Shown: positions 9,682 to 17,831 of the stretch, piece after piece
Numbering within the stretch: the stretch's first letter is position 1
How the letters are laid out: each line of letters begins with the position of its first letter
Origin: an uncultured Dehalococcoidia bacterium
GTDB taxonomy: Bacteria > Chloroflexota > Dehalococcoidia > Lucifugimonadales > CATOSD01
Assembly (NCBI GenBank): GCA_951812395.1
Contig: CATOSD010000002.1
Coordinates: forward strand, 255,049 to 319,048
Direction of reading: 5' to 3'
Length of the DNA stretch: 64,000 nucleotides
The notes under the pieces: generated by a model
What the model saw: the letters and a program-made list of their open reading frames with translations, nothing else
Databases searched by the model: none
Told to the model about the DNA's origin: nothing
Position numbers and translations under genes: made by a program

Positions 9682-10467
9682 TTGACCATGACGACCACCG
9701 GCGCCAATCCGCCGGCGCAGCCCACAGCCGCCGCCGGGGCGACGCCCTGGTACGAGCTCATCAACGACTCCCCGGAGCCGCCTGAAGACGCGATGCAGCA
9801 AGCGAGCACAATACTATACATTACCTCCATTCTCATGGCCCGCTACCAGGACGATCCAACAGCGCTTGTGTCCGAACAGACCAATGTCATCTACAATTCC
9901 GCCGTGCCCGGCTCTGTCATCGTTCCGGACGTGTACGTGGTTCTCGGCGTGGATGCCCAGACCATCGAAACTTACCGGCGCAGCTACCGCATAGACGAGT
10001 GGGGCGTGCCGCCCGCTTTCGTCATCGAAGTGGGGACTCCGGTCACTGCCGGCAGAGATCTGAGCGTCAAGCGTGACCTGTACGCTCGTATGGGCGTGCG
10101 GGAGTACTGGAGACTGGACAGGATCGGAGAGAGCTACCCCGAGCCGCTGGTGGCTGAGCGCCTGGTGGACGGGCAGTACGTCCGCATTGAGCTGCACACC
10201 GAATCCGATGGCGCAGTCTGGTCCCGCAGCGAGGTGCTGGGCGTGGACATCTTCTGCCAAACATCAGAGGATGGCATCAGCGACTTCAAGTTGCGGGATA
10301 CCGCCTCGGGCGAGTGGCTGAACACGCTTGGCGACGAGATAGCGGCACGACAGGCCGCCGAGGCGCAAGCCCAGGCCGCCGAGGCGCAAGCCCAGACCGC
10401 TGAGGCCCGCGCCGCGGAACTCGAAGCTGAGCTGCAACGCCTGCGCAAGAAACTTGACCAGCAATGA
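9682..10467 (+). CDS. Uma2/DUF820 family restriction-endonuclease-like protein
   Basis: VPDVYVV, PAFVIEV, KRDLYARMGVREYWRLD, and an Ala-rich coiled-coil tail. Confidence 0.85.
   Translation: MTMTTTGANPPAQPTAAAGATPWYELINDSPEPPEDAMQQASTILYITSILMARYQDDPTALVSEQTNVIYNSAVPGSVIVPDVYVVLGVDAQTIETYRRSYRIDEWGVPPAFVIEVGTPVTAGRDLSVKRDLYARMGVREYWRLDRIGESYPEPLVAERLVDGQYVRIELHTESDGAVWSRSEVLGVDIFCQTSEDGISDFKLRDTASGEWLNTLGDEIAARQAAEAQAQAAEAQAQTAEARAAELEAELQRLRKKLDQQ
10351..10406 (+). repeat. In-frame 21-bp tandem repeat (QAAEAQA) in the Uma2 tail
   Basis: CAGGCCGCCGAGGCGCAAGCC twice, plus a partial third copy. Confidence 0.85.
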
Positions 10468-10511
10468 ACAGAGCCGGCGTCTCGGCTGTATGACGCACGA
10501 AGGAGCAACGA

Positions 10512-12155
10512 ATGAACGGTGACCAGGCTATCGTGAAGATTCTCAAGGCCGAAGGCGTGGAATGGCTCTCGTGCTTTCCGGCGCAGACGCTGATAAACGA
10601 GGCTTCCAAGGAGGGCATTCGCCCCATCCTCTGCCGGCAGGAGCGCGCCGGCGTGAACATGGCCGACGGCTACAGCCGCGTCAACAACGGCCAGAAGATT
10701 GGTGTCTTCACGATGCAGACCGGACCCGGCGCCGAGAACGCATTCGGCGGCGTGGCCCAGGGCTACGCTGACTCCGTGCCCTTCCTCACCATACCCGGCG
10801 GCAACCCCGGCCCCAGACAGGGCGTTCACCCCAACTTCGAGTCCGTGCCCAACTACCAGGGAATCACCAAGTGGGCCGGCTTCATCAACATGGTCGAGCG
10901 CATTCCGGAGATGATGAGCCGCGCCTTCACCCACCTGAAGCACGGCAGGCTCGGCCCCGTGATGCTGGAGCTGCCCCGCGACGTGGCCCTGGCCGAGTAC
11001 CCAAGCGAAACGCTGGACTACACGCCCGTCCGGCAGTACAAGTCCGGCGCGGCGCAGGAAGACGTCCAGGACCTGGTAGCCGCCATGCTCGCCGCGAAGT
11101 GCCCCATCATCAACGTCGGCCAGGGCGTGCTTTACGCCGAGGCCACGCCGGAACTCGTGGAGTTCGTCGAACTCACCAACATCCCCGTCATGACGACGCT
11201 CGCGGGCAAGAGCGCCTTCCCCGAAAACCACCCGTTCTCGCTGGGCGCCGGCGCGTCCTCGGGCACGCTCATGGCGAGCCACTTCTTGGACAAGACCGAC
11301 TTCGTCCTGGGCCTGGGCACCAGCTTCACCATTTCCAACTTCAACGCGCCTATGCCCGCCGGCGTGACCCTGGGCCACGTCACCAACTGCGCAGAGGACG
11401 TGAACAAGGACTACCGTGTACAGCTCGGCGCGATTGGCGACGCCAAGCTGGTGCTCGGCCAGATGATCGAAGAGGTCAAGCGTCAGGTCGGCGAGCACGG
11501 ACGCGGCGACGTGGAGGGCGTGGCGGACGAGATTGCGAGAGTGCGCGCCGAGTTCATGGCCGAGTGGGCCCCCCGGCTGTCATCCGATGAGGTGCCCATA
11601 AGCCCGTACCGTGTCATCAGCGAGATTGCCAACGCCGTGGACGTGCCCAACACCATCATTACCCACGATTCCGGCTACCCGCGCGAACAGATCGTGCCCT
11701 TCTGGCAGCCCGTACGGCCCAGGGGTTACCTTGGCTGGGGCAAGTCCACCCAGCTCGGCTACGGGCTGGGTCTGGCTATGGGCGCGAAGGTAGCGAGGCC
11801 GGACATGACGGTCGTTAACCTGATGGGCGACGCCGCGTTCGGCATGGCCGGCATGGACATCGAGACGGCCGCGCGCTCAAACATCGGCACCCTCACGGTG
11901 ATTCTCAACAACGGCGTTATGACCCACTACTACGACCACTTCCCACACGCGACGGAGCACTGGGGCAGCAACAAGCTGGGCGGGCACTACGCCACCGTCG
12001 CCCAGGGCCTCGGCGCCTACGCCGAGCGCGTGGACGCGCCCGACCAGGTCGGCCCCGCCCTGCAGAGGGGCCTCGAGGCAACCAGGAACAACCAGCCCGC
12101 CGTCATCGAAATGATAACCAAGGAAGAGGAGACGATCCCCCGCTACTGGCGGTAG
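10512..12155 (+). CDS. Thiamine-pyrophosphate-dependent enzyme (acetolactate synthase-like family)
   Basis: RQERAGVNMADG, GPGAEN, TPP motif GDAAFGM...LNN. Confidence 0.92.
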   Translation: MNGDQAIVKILKAEGVEWLSCFPAQTLINEASKEGIRPILCRQERAGVNMADGYSRVNNGQKIGVFTMQTGPGAENAFGGVAQGYADSVPFLTIPGGNPGPRQGVHPNFESVPNYQGITKWAGFINMVERIPEMMSRAFTHLKHGRLGPVMLELPRDVALAEYPSETLDYTPVRQYKSGAAQEDVQDLVAAMLAAKCPIINVGQGVLYAEATPELVEFVELTNIPVMTTLAGKSAFPENHPFSLGAGASSGTLMASHFLDKTDFVLGLGTSFTISNFNAPMPAGVTLGHVTNCAEDVNKDYRVQLGAIGDAKLVLGQMIEEVKRQVGEHGRGDVEGVADEIARVRAEFMAEWAPRLSSDEVPISPYRVISEIANAVDVPNTIITHDSGYPREQIVPFWQPVRPRGYLGWGKSTQLGYGLGLAMGAKVARPDMTVVNLMGDAAFGMAGMDIETAARSNIGTLTVILNNGVMTHYYDHFPHATEHWGSNKLGGHYATVAQGLGAYAERVDAPDQVGPALQRGLEATRNNQPAVIEMITKEEETIPRYWR

Positions 12156-12287
12156 TCCGCTAGCACGGGCCTGCCTTTACTGCATGAGGAATACTTGGCG
12201 CCGGAGACGTTCTCGTGAGGTTGCCTTCTAATTCGACATTGACGCCGCACGTTTGGCGTTATGCCCCACTCCAGATGAACGTCGAAG

Positions 12288-14297
12288 ATGCGCGTGCCCA
12301 ACAAGCGACTCAGGGTACCAATGTTGAAGTTGAAAGTGTTTCTCGCCGTCATTGCCGTGGTCGTCACGTTAATGGTAGTCGTGATGGAGGCTGCACCCCT
12401 TACGGAAGCCCAAACGCCGGCGCCAGTGCGGGACGGTTATTCCTTCGTTAGCGCCGGGTATAGCCACACATGCGGCGTCAGGGCGGATGGAACCGTGCAT
12501 TGCTGGGGGTCCAACGTGGACTTTGACGACAGATGGCTGGGCCAAGCCACCCCGCCGTCCGGCAGTTTCTCATCCATCAGTGCAGGGCTCTTTTTTCACA
12601 CGTGCGGAATCAGAACGGACGGCGACGTCGCCTGTTGGGGCGAAGACGACAATGGTCAAGCCACGCCGCCTTCCGGTAGCTTCTCCGTCGTCAGCGCCGG
12701 AGCACAACACACGTGCGGAGTTAGGACGACTGGGACCGTGCACTGTTGGGGGACCAACGCGGGCATTGCCGGCAACTGGGTGGGCCAGTCCACGCCGCCA
12801 TCAGGCACATTCACCACTGTAGATGCCGGATCAGTTCACACGTGCGGTGTCAGGACGAGTGGTACACTCGCATGCTGGGGCGGCGATGGAAATGGCCAAT
12901 CCAGCCCGCCTTCGGGTACTTTCTTAAGTGTCAGCGCAGGCGGTTTTCATACGTGTGGTATCAGGACGAGCGGTGCAGTCGCATGCTGGGGCGCAGATGG
13001 TGGAGGCAAGGCCTCGCCGCCGTCGGGCGCCTTCAAGTCAGTCGACGCCGCCATTTCTCACACTTGCGGCGTGAGAAATGATGGGGCCATCGATTGCTGG
13101 GGCGCCGAGTCAAGTGATAAGTCTCAGCCGCCCCCAGGCAGCTTCACTTCAGTCGGAGTTGGAAGTTCCCACACCTGTGCTGTTAAAACGGGCGGTGAAG
13201 TCGTCTGCTGGGGATTGAGCGGACGCGGCCAGACGAAGTCGCCGAAAGGTAGCTTCTCCTCGGTCAGTGTCGGGGAAGTTCACACCTGTGGCATGAGGCC
13301 GAACGGCGCCATCCTCTGCTGGGGATTGGACTTTGATGGTCAATCAAGCCCGCCCTCGGACATCTTCTCCGCAGTGAGTGCAGGAGGCTCCCACACATGC
13401 GGTGTGAGGCCGAATGGCACGGTTACCTGCTGGGGAACCGACGGATTGTTTGACTTTGTTTCGCCTACAGGCAGCTTCACCTCAGTTAGCGGTGGGGATG
13501 CTTTCGCTTGTGGCGTGAGACCTGACGGCGCGGTCTCCTGTTGGGGTTCAGAGAGCTCGGGCGAGTTGGAGTTAGCGCCTGGAGGGTACTCGTCCGTGGA
13601 CGCCGGATGGAATCACATCTGTGGGCTGAGAACGAACGCAACCGTCACTTGCTGGGGCCAAGACGAAATCGGTGATGCCAGCCCGCCATCAGGCAGTTTC
13701 TCGTCTGTAAGCGCCGGGCGGGGTCATACCTGCGGTGTAAGTACAGATGCGACCGTCGAGTGCTGGGGACGTGACGATTTCGACCAGTCCAGTCCGCCGC
13801 CCGGCGAGTTCAAGTCCGTAAGCGCCGGAAGTGCTTTTACATGCGGCGTTATGGCGGATAGCACCTTAGCCTGCTGGGGTTCGGATAGTTTTGGACAATC
13901 CAGCCCTCCGTCCGGGAGCTTCGAGTCCGTTAGCTCTGGAAGGCTGCACTCCTGTGGCGTGAGGGTTGACGGCACAGTTGTCTGTTGGGGATCAGAAGAT
14001 TACGGTCAGGCCATTCCGCCCATTCTCGGTCCAACATCAGCCGCCACTCCGACACATACGTCCACAATTGTTTCTCCAACACCCGCCCAAACTATTGTAC
14101 AAACGCACACGCCGCCAACCCCTACTTCGACATCCAAGGCCGAATCTGGCAAGGTCACACCCGCAGCGTTGCCTGGCAACGGCGGTTGCGGCCGGAACTC
14201 GGGCGAGGCGTCTCAACCGACGTCAATCGCCAGTATCGCGATGCTGGTCGCGCCCCTTGCGCTGGCAGCGGCAATGAGGCGGAGATCACATAGGTGA
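12288..14297 (+). CDS. Secreted RCC1/BLIP-II repeat protein with a Pro/Thr linker and C-terminal anchor
   Basis: Signal peptide, about 14 repeats of F.SVSAG..HTCG.R..G.V.CWG, then GGCG, a TM segment and RRR. Confidence 0.88.
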   Translation: MRVPNKRLRVPMLKLKVFLAVIAVVVTLMVVVMEAAPLTEAQTPAPVRDGYSFVSAGYSHTCGVRADGTVHCWGSNVDFDDRWLGQATPPSGSFSSISAGLFFHTCGIRTDGDVACWGEDDNGQATPPSGSFSVVSAGAQHTCGVRTTGTVHCWGTNAGIAGNWVGQSTPPSGTFTTVDAGSVHTCGVRTSGTLACWGGDGNGQSSPPSGTFLSVSAGGFHTCGIRTSGAVACWGADGGGKASPPSGAFKSVDAAISHTCGVRNDGAIDCWGAESSDKSQPPPGSFTSVGVGSSHTCAVKTGGEVVCWGLSGRGQTKSPKGSFSSVSVGEVHTCGMRPNGAILCWGLDFDGQSSPPSDIFSAVSAGGSHTCGVRPNGTVTCWGTDGLFDFVSPTGSFTSVSGGDAFACGVRPDGAVSCWGSESSGELELAPGGYSSVDAGWNHICGLRTNATVTCWGQDEIGDASPPSGSFSSVSAGRGHTCGVSTDATVECWGRDDFDQSSPPPGEFKSVSAGSAFTCGVMADSTLACWGSDSFGQSSPPSGSFESVSSGRLHSCGVRVDGTVVCWGSEDYGQAIPPILGPTSAATPTHTSTIVSPTPAQTIVQTHTPPTPTSTSKAESGKVTPAALPGNGGCGRNSGEASQPTSIASIAMLVAPLALAAAMRRRSHR

Positions 14298-14430
14298 AGA
14301 ATGTGAGAGACGTCGAATCTCGCTTGCCCAGTGCGGCGCCGGATTCATGCGCTCGCGGACGTGAACAACTGGGGTGTCGATGCGACCTCGTGGCTGGGCT
14401 TGACAATCCCCCGATACTGGCGGAAGTCCG

Positions 14431-15330
14431 CTACCCCACGCGCCCGGGGTCCGACAGAATCGACCGAACGTCGTCGGCGTACTTCAGCTCCGAATCGTCC
14501 TCCGGCTCGTAGCCCAGCACCTGCCGCGCGTTGCTCAGCGACCAGAACGCGCGTGTGTTGCCGCTGATTCCGTACACCACCTGCCACGGCACACCGTGCT
14601 CGTTGTCGATGTTCGGCGTCTCCACCGCCCGCCGGAACAACTGCGTCAGGTCGCGCGGGCTGATGTACGCCCCCAGGTCCCGCTTGTACCCCGCCGGGTC
14701 TCCGCGATAAAGCTCTGGGTCCAGCTCCCGCGGCGCGCCGATGCGCACCATCACCACGCCCATCCTCCGGCCCACCGGCGTGCCGGACACGTGACTCTCG
14801 CCGCCGTCGGAGTCGCCGAAGCCGCCCAGCCCGCATGCGAACAGGAATCCCAAGTGCTCGTACGTCGCCTTCGCCCAGCCGTAGAAGTTGTCCGACAGCG
14901 GCAGCACGTACGGGTCCAGCGACTCCATCCTGCGCGTGTGAATCAGGTTGTGCTCGTACCAGTCCGCGGCGTGGTTGGAGCTGGCTATCACCAGGCGCGG
15001 CACGCCCTCGTCATAGGCGGTGCGCAACACGTTGTAGGCCATCTCCACGTTCGCCTTCTCGTCGAAAAAATGGTCCAGCGGGTCGCCCGACCTTCGCTTG
15101 TAGCCCAGATGCACCACAGCGTCCACGCCCTCGAATAGCGCCGCATACTTCGAGCGGTCATGGTCGATCAGGTCCGCGATCTGCACACCGTCGACCGCCT
15201 CGCCGCGGGGATTCTCCGCCTTCACGTCCACGAGCGTCATCTCGTAGCTCTCGCGAAATGTCGGCAGCAACTGGTTTGCGATATAGCCTGTGGCCCCGGT
15301 CATCAGCACCCGCTGGACGTCGTAGGACAA
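14431..15330 (-). CDS. NAD-dependent epimerase/dehydratase
   Basis: TGATGYIA, ASSNHA, YGWAK. Confidence 0.88.
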   Translation of the reverse strand: MSYDVQRVLMTGATGYIANQLLPTFRESYEMTLVDVKAENPRGEAVDGVQIADLIDHDRSKYAALFEGVDAVVHLGYKRRSGDPLDHFFDEKANVEMAYNVLRTAYDEGVPRLVIASSNHAADWYEHNLIHTRRMESLDPYVLPLSDNFYGWAKATYEHLGFLFACGLGGFGDSDGGESHVSGTPVGRRMGVVMVRIGAPRELDPELYRGDPAGYKRDLGAYISPRDLTQLFRRAVETPNIDNEHGVPWQVVYGISGNTRAFWSLSNARQVLGYEPEDDSELKYADDVRSILSDPGRVG

Positions 15331-15368
15331 GACGCGCTCCTCTCTCTACTCCGCGGCCCCGGCCGGAT

Positions 15369-15803
15369 TCAGCCGAGCCGTTTCACCATCTTGATGTGCT
15401 CGATTCGCACTTCCATGAACGGCTCGCCGCGAGTGACATAGCCGTGCCGCTCGTAGAACGCCGTGACGTAGGTCTGCGCATGAAGCGTCACGCTGGTCGC
15501 GCCCCTCAGAGCCGCCTGCCCCTCCAGGAAGTCCAGCACCAGCCCACCGATGCCCTCGCGCCGCATCGCCGGCTCGACCGCCATGCGCCCTATCAGCGTC
15601 TCCCCCGTTGGCAGTGTGAACATCCGGCCCGTGCCGACCACCTCGTCGTCCGCGAACGCCGCCGCGTGTACCGCGTCCGCGTCGAACTCGTCGAACTCCT
15701 CCTCGTGCGTGGCGCCCTGCTCCAGCACGAACACTCGCTCGCGCAGGCGGCACGCCGCCTCCCACTCCTCCGGGGTCTCTACGAGCTTAACGCGAGTGTT
15801 CAT
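15369..15803 (-). CDS. GNAT acetyltransferase (ElaA/YjcF-like)
   Basis: LRERVFVLEQG, IGRMAV, LHAQ, FYERHGY. Start taken at MNTRVK. Confidence 0.88.
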   Translation of the reverse strand: MNTRVKLVETPEEWEAACRLRERVFVLEQGATHEEEFDEFDADAVHAAAFADDEVVGTGRMFTLPTGETLIGRMAVEPAMRREGIGGLVLDFLEGQAALRGATSVTLHAQTYVTAFYERHGYVTRGEPFMEVRIEHIKMVKRLG

Positions 15804-15914
15804 ACGTGGAGCAGCGCTGATGAGGTCAATTCCAAGGACCGATTCCTGTCTACCTCCTCCCCACCTTAACAGTCTGGCAGGGGCATAGGTATCGGGAGTG
15901 AGCTTTCCAAAGAG

Positions 15915-15956
15915 TCTCTTCCCCCTCGCAGGGGGAAGGCTAAGATGGGGGTGAAG
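15915..15956 (+). repeat. REP-like palindromic repeat, family A
   Basis: Matches consensus CCCTTCCCCCTCGCAGGGGGAAGGTTAGGATGGGGGTG. Confidence 0.85.
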
Positions 15957-15968
15957 TCGAGCCACCCT

Positions 15969-16619
15969 CTACGGCATGTACATCTGCGCCGACGCCGCCA
16001 CCGAAAGCTCGATGTCGTAGATGGCCTGCGTCATCGCCTGGCCGATCAGGTCGAGCTGGCGAACCTGCGCGATGCGTTCGGACGCGCGGTCCAACTCCTG
16101 CCGTGGCAGCAGCCGGTTGAAGATTCGGCAGGCGTCCACCAGGCAGATGAGCATGACGTCCCTGGGATCCGGAATGTCTTCGCTCAGCAGCACGCCCATG
16201 ATTCGCAGCTTCACCTCGCGGTCGGCCTGGCCGTCCACGAGCGGGTAGCGCCTGGTGCGAAACACCCAGAGCACACGGTCGTCCTCGCGCTCCAGGATGC
16301 CGCGGTCCACCAGCCGGGTAAGGGCCTCTTCGTGGATCGCTGCGGCACGTTCGGCGGTGCGTTCTACCCAGTAGCGTGTGGTGTGCTTATCGCCCGCCGC
16401 GATGTCGGCCAGCGTCTGGTCGAGTAGGTTGTCGCCTGTCGGCGTGGCGTCCAGAAGCACCAGTCCGTCGAGGTCGGTGTCGATCCGATCTTCCATCGCC
16501 AGGTCCATCAGCACGCCGCCCGCGAGGGCGTAGTCCAGCGACCACCTGGGCACGTTCACGAACCTGCCCCCGTCGTCCCTGAGCAGTAGCAGTATTACCT
16601 CTTCAACGAATCTAAGCAT
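15969..16619 (-). CDS. GPP34/GOLPH3 family phosphoprotein
   Basis: EEVILLLL, ALAGGVLMDLAMEDRI, PTGDNLLD, LVDRGIL, RRYP. Confidence 0.85.
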   Translation of the reverse strand: MLRFVEEVILLLLRDDGGRFVNVPRWSLDYALAGGVLMDLAMEDRIDTDLDGLVLLDATPTGDNLLDQTLADIAAGDKHTTRYWVERTAERAAAIHEEALTRLVDRGILEREDDRVLWVFRTRRYPLVDGQADREVKLRIMGVLLSEDIPDPRDVMLICLVDACRIFNRLLPRQELDRASERIAQVRQLDLIGQAMTQAIYDIELSVAASAQMYMP

Positions 16620-16790
16620 GGCTTTCATCCTGGCGCAGTTGGGGTTGGCCGGCTGGCGGCCCTTTTCGGCTTGGGTGCCGTGCGAAATCGTAGCACATCG
16701 CCCTTGGGCGAACAACTTAGAGTGGGGTCTCAATGAGGGTGTCAGTAGGGCGTAGACGCCATGTATGCTAGGGCAGGAATTTATGCATGA

Positions 16791-17674
16791 CTACGATGCG
16801 GCAGTGTGGGAGACGCAAATCTTGCAGGAGCAACCTGGGCTGGTGAATTGCCTGACGCCGACTGTGGCATCTCCCATCCTGTCTGCCTTTTGGAAGATTA
16901 GATCAAATAGTTCAGTCTCGTTATTTTCAAGATATCGCCGAAGCGCGTAGGCGCAAAGGTCAGCCATCTGAACCATGCTTGTTAACTGGCTGTCGACAAA
17001 CATCGGCGTCTCTATGACGTACTCTATCTGCGTCCACAGTGTTCCGCTTCGCAGAAATGCCTTCATCAACTCGGTGTGCTTATGCGCCACGGTCTCGTTG
17101 CTATCGTGAATCGGAGTCCGTAACCCGTCTGGCGGTTTTGCAGGTAACGTTCAAACCGAGATACGACCTGCTCAAATGCCTGCCCGTGGACCGACGTTCC
17201 CGCAATCGCCGGATCAAAGTGCAACTTGTCTATGCACTCAGCAAATGGCCGGACTACTCTCCAACTCGACATGACCTCTGCTACCTCCCTTACAGCCTGC
17301 TTCCTTTCATCCAGCGTGAGATGAACGTAAGGTTCAGTACGGTCGTAGTTTTTCTTGGTCTGCTTGTAGCCTTTCCTGTTAACCTTCTACAGTCGCAGCA
17401 ACTCTTCATGCCGCTTCCTGCGCACTTCGGATCGGCGTTTGCTGGAGGGCATTGACTCAAAGCCGGGAATCAATTGTTGTTCAAGGTATCTTCTCATCAC
17501 CCAGCCGACATGGACTTCAACATCCTCAAGTCCATATCTGCGCTTGACTCGCTCAATCTGAACGTCGTGCTGCTTCTAGTATTCGTCGGGAATCGAAAGT
17601 CCTGCCAGAACATAGTGGGAAGTGTTGCCTGGAAGATCCGGGGTCCCTGATTCGTCCATGTAGCAAAGGTACAC
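16791..17674 (-). pseudogene. DUF3800 (RNase H-like fold) pseudogene
   Basis: GTG start gives (M)YLCYMDESGT; C-terminal FVDS..TSMVQMADLCAY. In-frame TAG at 17576-17578 and 17387-17389, plus a frameshift near 17112. Confidence 0.85.
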
Positions 17675-17692
17675 AGGGAAACCTCAAGAATA

Positions 17693-17750
17693 GCGACTAG
17701 GTTCCGGGCAAAGCCCCGATAAGAGACGCTTGGCGACTCCTCCTAGACGC
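17693..17750 (-). ncRNA. Structured leader RNA upstream of DUF3800 (three-way junction)
   Basis: P1 GCGtCTAGG/CCTAGtCGC encloses two hairpins (GAGtCGC-caa-GCGtCTC and CGGG-gctttg-CCCG). TTGACA lies upstream. Confidence 0.55.
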
Positions 17751-17831
17751 AAAAGTATTGCGATTTAGTAAAATGTACTTTGTCAATCGAATCTGGAGGT
17801 TTCGGTCTGACCCAAATGTGCACCCAGGCTC

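Noticed and set aside
17387-17578. Two in-frame TAG codons in DUF3800, both followed by AAG, suggesting amber recoding
   Set aside because: The same gene also has a frameshift, and TAG ends many intact genes in this window. Single transitions from TGG and CAG explain both stops.
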